Positions 39,050 through 52,722 of a stretch of 64,000 nt of DNA are shown here, piece after piece. This stretch comes from Camelus dromedarius (lineage: Eukaryota). The notes beneath the pieces were generated by a model that did no database searches, was not told the origin of the DNA, and saw only the letters and a list, made by a program, of their open reading frames with translations. The position numbers and the translations under genes are program-made. Location: the NCBI RefSeq assembly GCF_036321535.1, contig NC_087437.1:94552001-94616000 (forward strand), written 5' to 3'. Position 1 is the stretch's first letter. Every line of letters starts with the position of its first letter.

Positions 39050-39655
39050 AAGGGTTAAGTGGATGTCAGTCTCCTTTTCCAGTTATTCTAATATAATCCC
39101 AATTATGCCCTCTTCTTCATTGCCACTGATATACTATAACCACCTTCTCTTCATATTGAATTACTGAAATAGTCTAATGACAGTTTCTTTCTTATCTAAT
39201 TTGTACTATCCAAACCGAAAATCTCTGAAAAACTCCCACTGCCTTCAGGACAAAGTCGAAGGATACTACTCAAACTCCCTTCCAGAGTCAACCAACATCT
39301 CCTTACCTTAGCTCTGGTCAAACTCTCTGTTGACACACCATCCACCTTGACTAAAAGTTCAGTGCCAGTCAAACAGTTTGATGTTTCAGAACATATATGG
39401 AATCCTCTCTCCAGCAAACCACATTCTCATATTCTCATATTCTTTATTCTCTCTCAATTCTCCTGTTCCTATTGTATGTACAAGTTATCTGATGATAGTT
39501 CAGGTCTCTCTCTAGTGATAACTTTTGATTTGTGCTTTCAAACTTAGTATGATTAATGCTTCAGTCTTGGAGTTTGAATTTCCTAGTTTGGTATGTCATG
39601 CTTAAGGCAAATAACATGTTTATTATCAAGCGTTTACATATTTAATAAATGAGTG
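39050..39655 (+). mobile_element. L2 remnant
   Basis: 'ccctcttcttcattgccactgatatac...aaactcccactgccttcaggacaaagtc...tttaataaatgagt'. Confidence 0.55.
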
Positions 39656-39889
39656 TCAAATTCTGCCGATCTACTGAGCTAGGTACCTGGGCTATAAATT
39701 CCCATAGAAAGCACAAAGCAGAGGTCAGGGATCAATTTGTTGTATTTATCAGAGTTTCTAATATTGTACCTTAATATTCATGTTGTGTGTGTACATTTAA
39801 ATATTAAGACACAGTTAAAAGTTCACATTATTTCAATTTCAGTTGTTACACAGTTTTATGTCAAGCATTTACGTAGCTGCTAGATAGTA

Positions 39890-41180
39890 GTTCATTAATT
39901 TCATTCTGTGTATTTACTGAGCACCTACTATGACTACTACAAGTTCCTGGTCCTAAGAAGTTTAGGACTTGTGGGAAATTAATCAATAAATCATACAAAT
40001 TGATGCCTCCTGGATGTATGATAAGTATCATGAAGAAGGGTGGCTTAGTCCATTCGACCTACTACTATAAAAAAATTCCATAAACTAGGTGGCTTAAACA
40101 ACAAACGTATCTTTCTCACAGTTCTAAAGGCTGAGAAGTCCAAGATCAAGCTGCCGGCAGATTTGGTGTCTAGTGAGGGACCGCTTCCTGGTTCGCAGAT
40201 GGTCATCTTACTGCATCTTCACATGTGGAAAGAAGAGCTAGAGAGCTCTCTAGGGTCACTTTTATAAGGGAGTTAATCCTATTCGTGAGGGCTCCACCCT
40301 CATGACCTAGTCACTTCCCAAGGGTCCCATTTCCTAATAACATCACATTGTGGGTTAGGATTTCAACATATGAATTTTGGAGGGACACACACATTCAGTC
40401 CACTGCAGAGTATGTCTGCTGACATGAGACGATACCAACCAAGATGGAGAGGTCAAGGAAAGGTTTACTACAGAAATGAGGTCTGATCTGATGAATAATT
40501 AAAAAGTTTGGGTGACTGCTCAGAGAAAAGTTTCCAGGTAAAGGAAGCAAGGTGCACATTAACACTTAGCAGGAGGAAGAATGGCGCATTTAAGGAACGG
40601 AAAGTTGGCTGGTATGGCTGAGCAGAATGAAGGGCCATGTCCTGCGCAATGAGGCTAGAGAGGAATTGAGGACATGTCATGCAAGATCAGGTAAGTCATG
40701 CAGAAGACTTCTATCTTTATTCCAGAAAAAAATAATAAAATAAAATCCATGGAAGGATGTTTGGGTTGTGTGGTTGCAGGGTGTGCGTGTGAGTGAGCTG
40801 CCATTCAGAAAGATCATTCTGACTGCTCAGTAATGAGTGGAGGCTAAGTCATCTAGAAAACTGTAGCCATGACTCGGTTTTAACCAGAGTCGTTGTGACA
40901 GGGTTTATCGAGAATGGATGGATTTGAAAGGTGTTTAGGAGGCACAGTTGACCAGCCTGGTTATGGTTAGAATGCGTGTGATAATGAAGGAGATGCTAGG
41001 GTGACTTGAAGGATTCTACCTATGATACCATTTTTTTCAAGGCTTGTTCTGACCATAAGTTTGGTTTGGGGTATTGTTGAGCTTAGAACGTCAAAAAAGG
41101 TAAATGGGAAACAGATCTCTTTTGGATTCAGAAGAGTTAGTGGCTGATGATATTTATTTGAGGGTCATTGTTTGTAGGTA
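39890..41180 (-). mobile_element. L2 remnant split by an MLT1A0-like LTR
   Basis: Antisense L2 tail 'ttcattaatttcattc...tatttactgagcacctactatg', then 'ggtcaaggaaaggttt...agaaagatcattctgactgct...gaatggatggatttgaaaggtgtttaggagg'. Confidence 0.75.
40041..40407 (-). mobile_element. MLT1A0-like solo LTR
   Basis: TG...CA termini. 'cttagtccattcg...ggctgagaagtccaagatcaag...ctccaccctcatgacctagtcacttccc...gatttcaacatatgaattttggagggacac'. Confidence 0.92.
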
Positions 41181-43034
41181 CAGCCTCATGCCATACCTAT
41201 TGCTGCAATAGGACCTAGGAGGGGGTATAAAATATGAAGAAAAATGTCAGTTATGATGCGTGCTTTGACAGTAATAAAATGCAATGTTAAAATAGTTCTG
41301 TTTTTAAAAAACTTTGAAATTCTGAATCAAAACATACTATTTTACAGAAATTTTATTATGTGTTATTATGTTATTTTACCTTACTATGTTAAAACAAATT
41401 ATAATGTGAGAGTTTTACCTTTATTTTAACAAAGATATCTCTTTGGTTGGGTTGGTAAGGAAGGGAGGATTCTCCAAATGTCTATCCCATGTCCTTAACT
41501 ATTTTACCTTAAAATGACAAACAATTACATTTTCTCTATGTGTGCAAATAAACAGGTGCATCATGAGTCCATTTATTAAAATTTGTCATAGGAATATTTA
41601 AGTTCATTTACTTACTACATTACAATCATATATTTTTACAGAAATTTGGAAGATTGGTTAGTTAACTCATTTTGATCCAATACTCAATTTCCTTTAAATC
41701 TTACTCATATATTTGAATTCTTTCTTTTTCAATAACATCCCTAATAAGACGTGACCTTTCTTAAAATATCTTTCAGTAAGATATTACAAAAATTAAAAAG
41801 CATACTTCTTGCTGTACATGAAATATAAATAGAAACCATAGAATATTAATTAAGCAGTAGATTAAGTCCTACAAGACATTGTCTAAAAATCAACAAAAGG
41901 TGTTATGACATTATGGTCATTGAGTTCAATTATACGTTGCAGAAATAATTTTATGCATCAATTCTGTATAATGGAGGCATTATGTGTCTTAGATACATAA
42001 TGTGTAAAGAAAACTTATTATGAATTTTTTTTTTATAAAGACATTCCAGAAAGGTAGTTGTTTCTTTTATGTGATATCAAAATATTTTCTCACATCTCTG
42101 TGGTTAGGGCATTCAACTGCATCACTGACGATATCTCCAAAAAGACATTGAATTCTGTGAGGAAAAATGTGAAGCTTTTTTCTTTTAACTGATTTTTAAA
42201 TTACATGATTATACATGAGCATCACTTTAAGCCTTGTCATTTGGTCTGGGGAGCTGTCTAGAATCCAGAGCCTCGTTTATTTCAGCAGACAGTAACTGTT
42301 GCAGTGATTCAAATACTGCATGGAGACTAGTAAATCCTAATCTTTGGGGCTCAAATTCCCATTAAAAACATGGAAGATTCTCAGTGCTGAGACCGAAAGA
42401 TTTAGCTGCTTTGTTGTAATAAGCAAAGTGATCTCAATATTTGAATGCACAGTATTTTGATAAAATCACTCCTGTTTGTGTAGCTTATTTTGCTGTCTAA
42501 CCTAAGACATTCCAAACAGTGAAAAATGTAGATAAACTACTATAATGGTGTTTTACATTGTCAAGAACATGGATTAACACATTTTCATATGAATTTATTT
42601 AATATGTATCCAGCAATGTTATGAAAACTAAAGTTTTTATGTTAACCTAGAAAGCATTTTCCATAAAGTAAATCAACAAAAGCAAAGGCAAAAAGTGAAG
42701 AGAACAGATGTAAGATCAGTAAGATCTCTGCTTACTAAACAAGGTGCAAAAGAACTTTGTGATTTTGCGTAATTAATTTGTTGTTATTCATTCATTTGTT
42801 TTAATATAAATGACAACATTTTTTGTGTGTTTCATTAACTTACTATGAAGTATAAATTGTTGGCCACATATTCATATATTGTGATAGAAAGATCCATCTA
42901 ATCTAGTTTTCCACAGTCATCCACTAAAACCATGAGAACCTTCATATTCAGAAAATTATTCTTATTATTTTGGACAGTAAAATACCTTTTCAGTTTGGTT
43001 GCTGAGGGTCAGTTCTCACACATACCTTGTTTTC

Positions 43035-43245
43035 TAGCCACGTGCAGTGGAGCGCCCTTATTTTACTCACACATGAGAGTGGGTATTGGCCACACCTCCC
43101 AGCCAGCCTCTGGCCTTCAACTGGCTGGGGGGTGGGGTGGGAGCGGGGAGCAGCCCATAAATTCTCAACTCAGTGCCTAAGTCATGAGAGGGTGAGGACA
43201 GCCTGGGCAAGTTAAACTTAAGCCCCCAGCCCCGCCCCCAAAAGT
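43035..43245 (+). promoter_or_regulatory. GC-rich promoter/enhancer-like island with a G4 motif
   Basis: E-box CACGTG at 43039, reverse CCAAT at 43085, CCACACC at 43090, G4 motif at 43127-43148, CATAAA at 43156, GC-box CCCCGCCCCC at 43230. Confidence 0.4.
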
Positions 43246-45214
43246 CTTACTTTGAGGGACCATAACTTTATAGCATACAACGGTATTTCCTTCCAGTTGC
43301 TTTACCTGTGCCATCTCTGAATGAGAATAACTTCGATGCATGCGGGGGATTTCACTTTACCCCCTACCCTGTCTCTTGTCCAAAAAGCAAACAAACAAAC
43401 AAAAAAAACCCCCCAAATCCAAACCCTAGGGATAGAAAAGACATTAGATTTTTCATTTCCATTCTCTGCATGGCTCTCTCCTTTCTTCTTGACTCCAGCT
43501 AAGAGTGGAGAAGTAGTATATTCTTTTTAAATTAGGTAGATTATTCTGAAGTAGGTTTTCCAGGCTTATTTTCTAAAGTGTTGGAGAAGAAGGTAAAGAA
43601 ATGTAACCAATATTCTCACCAAAAAGCAAAGACAATTTTCAAGGCAATTTTCTTGTTGATGGGTGGAGTTAGCCACTGCTCCTAGTCTAGAATGGTAAGT
43701 TTCATGGGTCTATTTTGGATGCAAGAATTTGTGGCAAACACAATGGAATGGAAGAAATAAAATACATCAACCCACTTGCACATAATAGTCCCGTTTTATT
43801 TGTTTGTTTTGCTTTGTTTTCTTTTGGCACAGGGCAGGATATTTGGACAGAAACCACTAAATTTATCTGTCCTGAGCCCCCGTGTAACACAGTTACTTCA
43901 TAGTAAGCCAGGCATGTTTTAGTAGATCAGAGGATAGCTATTTCCAGGTAGAGCAAAGTCAAGACTCCTTTCTCTGGCAACTACTGAATCTTGTGATAGC
44001 ATTTGTGAACTAGAACATACCACAGCCTTATATTCAAGCACTTAAATGAAAATGAATATTTGCATTAAATGGGCATAATATCCTTTCAGGGACTCTGTCA
44101 GAAGTTTATGAAAGGCCAGATTGAAAACAGGAGAAATGACTTGATCTTGCATGTGAACATATTAGTCATCTCTGAAGAAACATTTAGCTGTTTAACACAA
44201 TTTTGTGTGTGTTTTACTGAAATGTGCAAATCCAATTGTCCTTCTCTCTGAAGCCTTTAGTTTGAGGGTTGATAATGTTTTTATAAATGTCACCATTCCT
44301 TTTGCTGAGGTTAGCTGTCCAAAAGGACCCTGATAATCTCAAAGAGACTGTAATTTTCTCTTTTTGTCCTTGAAATAATTGCTATCTCCTTGAAATGTGG
44401 ATGAATTGAATGCATAAGAATGGAAGAATTTTCTCTTTCTGTGTGGAGACCTGTTAAAGTTGTCTTGTATATCTTGTTTTGCAAATAGTATTAATCATAA
44501 AAAATTTGAAGGAATTTGATTTATAAGTTAGCAAACTATTTAGCAGCTGAATTATTTGTGGGCATCCTCGTAACAAACCTGAATCAAATTATAATAACAT
44601 ATTTTACAGTACTTTAAGCAGAGTGTTCTTTTTAATTATTGGTAAAAACTTTCTAAAATTCATTAAAAGTTTAGTCTTATATTTAAGAAAATCAAATGAT
44701 GAAATGAACGTGGAACTATAGATCTCTGCAGGGAAAATACGCTTCTTGTTGGATGGATTTATTTGAGTAAAATTAAATAACATAGTATCTATTCAATTTG
44801 GCTTTGGAATATATTCCCAGACAACTATAAAACTGATTTTTTTCAAATAATTACCATTATATTTCATGGAAGTTATGCATGGAATCCTCCTATAGATTCA
44901 GAAGAAAGTGAATTTCAATGCACAGAAAGAGTAATAAATCCCAATTCATGCTTAGACTAGAGGGTGACTTTTCTGTCATATTTAGACAGTCTATTAGAAT
45001 CTAACATGGGAACGATCTGTAATGTTGGATCAAACATTTTTAACAACTGGATTTATCTTTATCTTCTAGATTTATCTTAATTGTTTAGAATCATAATTGC
45101 AAAAGATTACTGAATGGAATCTCCTTATTTTACAAATTAAAACCCTTAAAAGTAGAAAGTCTGCCTAAATCGCTAAGTCAGTGAACACTCAGACAAAAAT
45201 CGAGTCCTCATTAA

Positions 45215-45385
45215 TGAGAAAGGAGTTGGTAGTATGGCCTTTAAATCACAAACTCCTGGATACAAAGTTTGTGTTCATTTGTTATTAAATGTAAGGAAAA
45301 CATCATCTCTGAATTTTTATTTCTTAATAGAATTGTTGAAATCAAATGAAGTATATACTCAGGTAACAGCATAAGATACTTGTTA
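45215..45385 (+). mobile_element. MIR remnant
   Basis: 'agtatggcctttaaatcacaaactcctggatacaaag...catctctgaatttttatttc...aatagaattgttgaaatcaaatgaag'. Confidence 0.45.
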
Positions 45386-45399
45386 CCACTTTTTAAAAT

Positions 45400-45600
45400 A
45401 TCTGCTACTTGGTAAGCACTATGCTCTTAACTTATGCTCTTTTAACTTAACAATCCTCCCTACAAGGCAAGTATCATTGTACCCAATTCATGATATCATT
45501 GAGTCTCAGCTACCACATATAAGCACTTGCCAAAGGGTCACAAAGCTAGTGACAGAGACAGCTTTTTGAACTCACGTATAACTTTTCTCTGTGCTTTCTT
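45400..45600 (-). mobile_element. MIR remnant
   Basis: 'acaatcctccctacaaggcaagtatcattgtacccaatt...cacttgccaaagggtcacaaagctagtgacagagac'. Confidence 0.6.
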
Positions 45601-48329
45601 TCCCAAGAACCTAGGAACCCTTAAAGGATATTTACTCTCCTTCTACAATATATGTACTAACTTTAATGTTAGTTTTAAATATTTCATGATTTTTTTAATT
45701 AAAGTAAATAATAAGATTCAAAATGCTTTGAAACATTTTGCACTTACGCAAGTTTTTCCAATTAGAAGATACAACAGCTGCCCTGTTAAAGTTTCTGGCA
45801 CTTGAAAGTATCTAGAGGAATTGGATTTTAATAAATGTGCTTTTCTAAATTATGTCTGAAATTCCTTTGGAACTAATACAAAAAGTCTGGAGGCATTTTA
45901 TTGTTAGTGGCATACCTTAAGTGAGAAAATTAACTTAGAGAGTAAAAGGCTTGAAAGGGATTCTAAGGAAAGTACACACATAAAATTTATTTTTCAAGTG
46001 AAAAATTGCCTCTGATGCTTAGGAAAATAAACTGATGAAAAATAAATGTTAAGATTATTGTTAGTATGTATGTAAAAGAAAATTATCCAAGTATAAAATT
46101 GTCTGAAAATATATATACTGAAGGTTATAATTACTGTATTGACATGGTAGTAGCTGGAAATTCTTCTTACTTTTTGCAGCAATTTCAATAATCAGTGCAA
46201 TTAATTTTTATATTATTTTTTAATAAGAACCACTCACTATAGCATATATATTGGGGCTTAAAAATTTAGACACCATCTCCTTCTTGTGGACATTTTAATA
46301 AAACATTTCTATATTTAATATTGCTTTCTCTAATTTTTATTATATTGACAAATATGATAGATACATAATAAATGGTGTGAACCTTTTTCATTAAATAAAT
46401 TTTGACTTCATTGGCAGAAAATAAAGCATATAAGTAGAAAAATACATTTTTCTGTTCAGTGCTTGAAGATTTTTATGACATGTCCAAGTAGTATTTAGTC
46501 TGAAATCTCTACAGTATTCAAAATATATGTGACCAGAGGAATAATAGAACTTTGTACCTTTGTGTTATTGGAGAAGCATGTTTTGTTTCAATTCAATTAA
46601 AAATATATTACATATAGTTTATGTCCAACCATTACAATACAAAATGAATAAGACATGTCTCCCATTTTTGAAGACATTCGAAAGTAAATGATAAGATTCA
46701 AAATACTTCAGAATATTTTGCACTTACATATGTTTTGAGAAATACAAATGAATTCACATAGATCAATTCAACAAAATGTAGTTAACATAAGTTCAGTTTC
46801 TTCTTTGCTTTGTTTCCAGTTTTTAAATAAATTGAAGTTATTAAGGCAAATGCTGTTCTTAGCTTAAAATAAAAACCCTGGACACCCCTTAGAATTGTTA
46901 CTTGAACAATATTTTCCAGTTGTAATATAGAGAAGAACTCACCTCCAACAAAGAGTAGCCACACCCACACACAATCAGGTTTTCCATTTTTATGGTGGCA
47001 TTTCATCTGATTCAAGTAGGAACTGTCAACTCTTTACTTTTTTCTATATACATTCAATCCCTCACTAAAAATTAAAGGAAAACTAATTTATGATGCTTTA
47101 GATGTTTATATACGTAGAGTATTAAATTTTATGCATAAAGTATGCTTTCTAAGTGGAATTTTTAAAATCTGTTGAAGAAATTTGTAATTCACATGTAATT
47201 ATTACATTTTCATTAATTATAGGAAAAAAGATCTAAATAATGCCGATACACCACACACTCACACATACATACACACGCATCAAATGGAGGAGAGTAAGTG
47301 GGAGTATTTGAGCCTACCTGGATCAGGTGTTTCTGTACTGACTCCAAGCTCCTTTTCCATTGGGTACCTTTAGGTGTCTCTTCTTATCGTGAAAAACTCT
47401 TTTCAGGCAAGTAACTGATGCCATTGATGGTGTAGATTACCTTGTCAAAAATGTTAAATCCCCTCCAGAAATGTAAATAACAAGCAATGTTTCCTTAAAT
47501 ACAGGAATAAGTTTATGAGAGTCATAGTTTTCCTGGACAACAGAGTCTACCCCATGGTTCTGAAATGCTAAGTGGTTTTCTGATTGTATAGTCCGTGTTC
47601 TGACATTCTCTTGGTGGAATCTCTTTTCCTAGGCACTTTTTTGCATGAAAAATTCAAGGTCTATATTTTCAGTTATCTTAAAGTGAGTGTCATTGTGACT
47701 TGTTTTTTTGACTAAAGGATTGAGAAGTCAATCAACGCCTACCATTTTGTTTGGGATAAATATAGTGCTTAGTTGACTTCTGTGAAACCCCTCATTATGA
47801 CCTCATTAGGGTGAAGCTGAGCTTGTTCTAAAGACACAAATAACCATCAAGTCATTTGTTTTTAGAACCATTTCAGGTCTACTTCCAAAGGATAAGTATA
47901 AAATGTTATTTATTTGGTATGAGGTGCACCTGTCACGTTGCCTTTATCATTGTGTGTATTTAACAGGTGTTTGTTTACTCGAAATATTAAGGAAATACTA
48001 ACGGTTTGTACTTAGGAGCAACAGACACCAAAGGGTATGTTATTTAGATTCCAGTTTTAATATGCTGAATTGTCTTATATGTATGACTTCAAATAATGTG
48101 AGGAATTGAAGGATAATGGCACAAAAGTTTGTGCTCTACAACTTAAACAAAATTTGAAGATTTTTTTCTGAATTTAATGGAAAAATAAATCAACTGAAGA
48201 CAAACTCTAAAAGCATACTCTTCTTTGAATATACAAGTCATCCTCAAATAGAAATGGTAATGTAGAGATGCATTACCCTCCTTGCTGCATGAAGTTATAG
48301 GTGTTCTTGACTCCTTCATTCCTTCCCCA

Positions 48330-48760
48330 GAGGCTCATCACATTCCCCTTCTGTTTAAAGCTCCCCAGTAGGCATGAGACATAGAGATGATGAAATAAGT
48401 TTCCTCTCCTTGGGTAGACATCAATGTACAAAGCAAGTAGAATTAAATGATCATCATGATGAAACCAGAAACAATGATGCTAAGATTTCAGAAGAGGAAA
48501 CTATTACTTCTGCTTTCAGAGCAGAATTCAGGAGAGATTTCAGAGAAATGATCTCTGAGTCGTTTCTTGAAGGAGAAATGGCAACGGGCCTGTTGCAGGA
48601 ACAGAGGAAGAGAGGACATTCCAAGAAGTAACAGTCTCGGGGGAGACAGTGGTGTAAAAGGCCAGGGTCTATTTAGTTAAACAGAGAACTATTGCAGAAG
48701 GACAGCAGATAGTAAAGGGGCTTAAATGCCATTTGCAGAACTTTGGATTTTCTTCTAGTA
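48330..48760 (-). mobile_element. L2 remnant
   Basis: 'gaaataagtttcctctccttgg...tcaggagagatttcagagaaatgatctctgagtcgtttcttgaagga...aggggcttaaatgcca...ctttggattttcttc'. Confidence 0.55.
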
Positions 48761-49509
48761 ATACAATTACCAGCAAGTCATTAAAATATAGAAATCAGCA
48801 TTTATTACACCAAAACAATGATTCATTTATGATTTCTTCAGAGTAACATTGCCTCATATGAACTGAAATATGCCAGCAGATGACATCTTGACTGTTTTGT
48901 TGCTGTTGTTAACTTCATATATTGGGCCATATGGAGGTTATGATAAATTATAATTTATTTTATTACTCTAGGGTGACTATGTAACTTCCTTTGGATTCGT
49001 TTCCAAAGAGAAGTGTATCTTTCATGTTCCCACAAACAATAGTGTTGGGTAGGAGGAGGAAGGAAAGTGATCGCTTCTCTCTCTGGGCACAGATGTTCAA
49101 GACATCTTTCAAGGGCACCTCCCCAGGCATCTTCTGTGTGGTCTCAGGAACAGTCTGTGGGAGAGAAAAGACCCTGGGTCCACAATGCAGGAGGCAAAAT
49201 GTGACCACAGTGTCAGAAAAAAAAAAACTTGCTAAGAGAAAGTGTTTGTTTGACACCAATCAAATGTTTACTAGAAACAAAGTTTAAAATACCTTTTGAA
49301 CTGGGTTTGTCTTGAGGATATGAGTGTTCAGTTGTTTTAACTTCTTTCAAAAGCTGTTACTTATATAGTTACTTGTCTTACACATGTGTCCAGGTCAACC
49401 AAGGCACAGTGAACATTTATTTCAGCATCTTTCATCTGACTTTGATAAAACAAGGTGCCCGAAGTTACTTGAGCAATTTGGAAAAGGCACATGGAGCGCC
49501 TAGCTTCTT

Positions 49510-49524
49510 CTGCCACCTTGTGGT
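49510..49524 (-). promoter_or_regulatory. CTCF motif
   Basis: Minus strand ACCACAAGGTGGCAG fits the CTCF core CCAC(C/T)AG(G/A)(G/T)GGC(A/G) with one mismatch. Confidence 0.5.
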
Positions 49525-50361
49525 TAAAACAGCAAACTTATTATACCAACAATTTTCGAATAAATATTCTTTACCTCAGGAAATAATGTCCAATATTTTA
49601 TAAATATAAAACACTAAGAACACCATATTAAAATATATTTTCTGTATAAATATGTAGATATTTAAGGCACTATAATGCTTTCTTTGAATTACAGAAAAAA
49701 AAAAAGACCAAAAAAATTAAATTGTATGTTCCTGGGACACATTTAAGGATAGAAAACTAGTATCATTAAACACTGCAATTAGTAAATGAGCAATTGAGAG
49801 CAGGGTGATGCTTTCCCAAGACAACCATTTGCTTAGGCTTGCTCTTTGAATGGGGTCAAAAAAAAAAAAAAGAAAAGAAAAGAAAAAAGGCAGTAGCATT
49901 AAAATCAAAGTTTACTTCATTCAGTGGCAAGAGCTCTTGTCTAGACAATATCTGAAATGCATATTCTTTCTTTATCACTGTGAATTGCGGTCTAGAGAAC
50001 TTTATTAACTGATTGTCTCTTCTTTAAATTGAGTATTTTTGCCCTACACCCTAAATGATTAAAAAATTGATTTTAAGCTTCTTGCTCAAAAGTATTTTTT
50101 GTCACAAAAGATCCTTTTTAGGTGGCTTAGGATTGCTTTTAATTTCGTGCTTTGAAGCTGTGTCTGAGCCAAGAAACATTAATTTCATTAGAATCAAGTT
50201 TTAGCAATAGGAATATGTTAACTTCTCATTCATTTGTTGGCTAATTGATTTTCCCTCTTGGGCTCTAATCACCCTTCTATTCCATATCAATCTGTATATC
50301 ATCTAGATAATTAATCTCTATTGTATTTTGAATTCCTAATTTATAAAAAATAACCTAAACC

Positions 50362-50563
50362 CAATAGATAAACAAGATTATACTGTATAGCACAGGGAAA
50401 TATATACAAAATCTTATGGGAGCTCACAGAGAAAAAAATGTGACAATGAGCATATATATGTTCATGTATAACTGAAAAATTGTGCTCTACACTGGAATTT
50501 GACACAACATTATAAAATGATTATAAATCAATAAAAAATGTTAAAAAAAATTAAATTACATTC
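50362..50563 (+). mobile_element. Young camelid L1 3' end with TSD
   Basis: 'aatagataaacaagattatactgtatagcacagggaaat...ttataaatcaataaaaaatgttaaaaaaaa'. TSD aaaaaataacctaaacc / aaaaaacccctaaacc. Confidence 0.93.
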
Positions 50564-51127
50564 AAAAAACCCCTAAACCTATAAGATTTGTGGAGTTTTG
50601 TTTTTTTTCTGTTTATCTTAATCCTTCAATCTTTCTAATTGTAAATGACTCCAACTTCTGTCACCTGCGAATATAATTGAATAAACTTTTTTGTTTTACA
50701 TATTAAACACTTGCCATTTGCTGAACTGACAAAACCAGATACTCTGTACCCTCTTGTCCTCTCTACTCCCACTAAGGCCATGGGACCCAGGGATGTGCTT
50801 TGATCTCTGAGGCCAAAGAAATGGCACCCGGACTCTCCTTTTCTTACCACTGCTTACCTTTTGAGAAGCAGGACGTTTATATCGCACTACGCTTGGTTCA
50901 TTTCTCTTCGTCTTGACCTCTAGCTCAGGAAGGAGCTCACAGCCTAAGGCTAACATCTAACTTCCTGATGCAGTGGATCTAGCCTTTCTTCCTGCCTGTT
51001 TTCCTTCCTTCCCTCAGTATGTCTATGTATCCATGTGTAAATGCCCAGTCTTTTCATGGAAGCTTGTGATCAACTCGATAATTCCCCATTATCTGCTCAT
51101 TTTTCCCCTGTAAGAGGATTATAAGAA

Positions 51128-51252
51128 GGAGATGATACATCCCAGTTTGCCAGGACAATCCCAATGTTCACCTGTTGTCTTGGCTTAATTATAGAAAAAC
51201 ACGTTCACTCTCAACATTGTCCTACTTTGGACAATAAATTATGTTACACTTA
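51128..51252. mobile_element. MER94-like hAT-Blackjack DNA transposon relic
   Basis: 'catcccagtttgccaggacaatccc...cctgttgtcttggcttaattat...ttcactctcaacattgtcctactttggacaataaattatgttacactta' follows the recalled MER94 consensus over its length. Confidence 0.7.
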
Positions 51253-51254
51253 GT

Positions 51255-51625
51255 ATACACCCACTTCTTAAATGAGAGTATATTTCCATCTCCATCCGTA
51301 TCAGGCTTGACTGTGCGAAGTGCTTCATCCAATGACATGTGAGAGAATGAGACCAGTGCTGGCTCTGAGAAAAGGCTTTTAGAGCCAGTGAGAGTTTCTT
51401 TGAGATCTCTTGATCTTTTCCCTTGCCCCAAGAATAGCACATCTCACACTGGAGCTGCTCCTTCAGTCTGAGTTCTATATTGAGAAGCATTCTATTCTGG
51501 AACAAAGTAAACCTACATCTAACCAGCCACCATCCACATGTCACGTGAGTGAGAAATATATACTACTAAGAACCACTGAGATTTGGAGATTTTTTTTTGA
51601 TCTTAGGATAATATAGCAATAGGTC
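51255..51625 (+). mobile_element. Old MLT1 (I/J-like) LTR
   Basis: 'tgcttcatccaatgacatgtgagagaa...gctgctccttcagtctg...catgtcacgtgagtgagaaat...ccactgagatttggag...atagcaatag'. Confidence 0.65.
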
Positions 51626-52153
51626 CTTTATTTGTTCACTTATTAGCCCTTCATTCCCAAATCTTAAAAGCAATCCTCTTGGGTCTTCTGCCCACTGTTT
51701 GTTTGTTTTTAATAGACACTTCTGTACCTATTTCTGGCATGCATATGTTTATGCAATAGTTAACTCTGAGGCCTCATTGGACAATAGAAAAATGGAAAAA
51801 AAGGAAGGGAAGTAGGCTAGTAGCAGCAACTTGAGCCGTTATTGCCACCATTTCCAACCCTCTGATGGGATAAGCTGAATCATTTTGTTTTGTTTTGTTT
51901 TTTACGTACCTCACTCCCATGCATTTCTTCTCCCAGTTCTGAGTATCTACTGCCAGGTTGGTAACTTAAATAAACCCATAGGAAAATAAATGTTTTTTCT
52001 GAAAATATATACAGAAAATCAAGTAAGCAGGGACTGCAGAGTTCTAAGAGTAGAGTCCTGTGTGAGATCTGACAGTCCTGGCCCTGACTGTTCCAGGGGA
52101 AGCTGCACACCACTCACGTGTGCAAGCTTCCCCTTTCCTCACGTATTCTCTTA

Positions 52154-52167
52154 CCACCAGGTGGCTC
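52154..52167 (+). promoter_or_regulatory. CTCF motif
   Basis: CCACCAGGTGGCTC, close to the CTCF core consensus. Confidence 0.4.
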
Positions 52168-52722
52168 CCCAAGCCAACCAGTTCAACAAATCCTGAGAGA
52201 TCTTTTCAACATATATTTTCAACATTTCCAGATCATGTTTTCAGCTTTCTGGAAGAGATTAAATGATCCCTCCCTAGAATAGTAAATATTCATTCAATCA
52301 TCATTTCTTCATTCATTTCTCAACAATTGAAGGCTTAAATGAGGCTCTTATATGGAACGTATTTCATAGTGTAATAACAAAGCGTCTACAATTCATACTT
52401 TAGTCCTTGCCATGAGCCAAGCACTCCTTAAGTATTACTTATTATTAATTATTTATACAAGCTATTTTTTCATAACAAGTCTGTAACTGAAAATTTTAAC
52501 ATAATATTTTGCACCTCATGTCCTTCTCTAGTATACAAACTCCCAGAGCAGTGTGTAAGCAGATGCAAAGGTGGGCTGGAGGTAAAGATTTGGGGCTAAT
52601 GATGTTATCAGATTAGGGCACTGGAAACCATGAGTATAAAGGAGATGGACCAGGGGGGATTCTAAAGTAAGGCAAGAGCAAAGACTAAATCCTAGGGTCT
52701 ACTAATCTTAAAAGGTGAATGG

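Noticed and set aside
48374..48631. Charged 85-aa ORF
   Set aside because: It lies in a purine-rich antisense L2 remnant.
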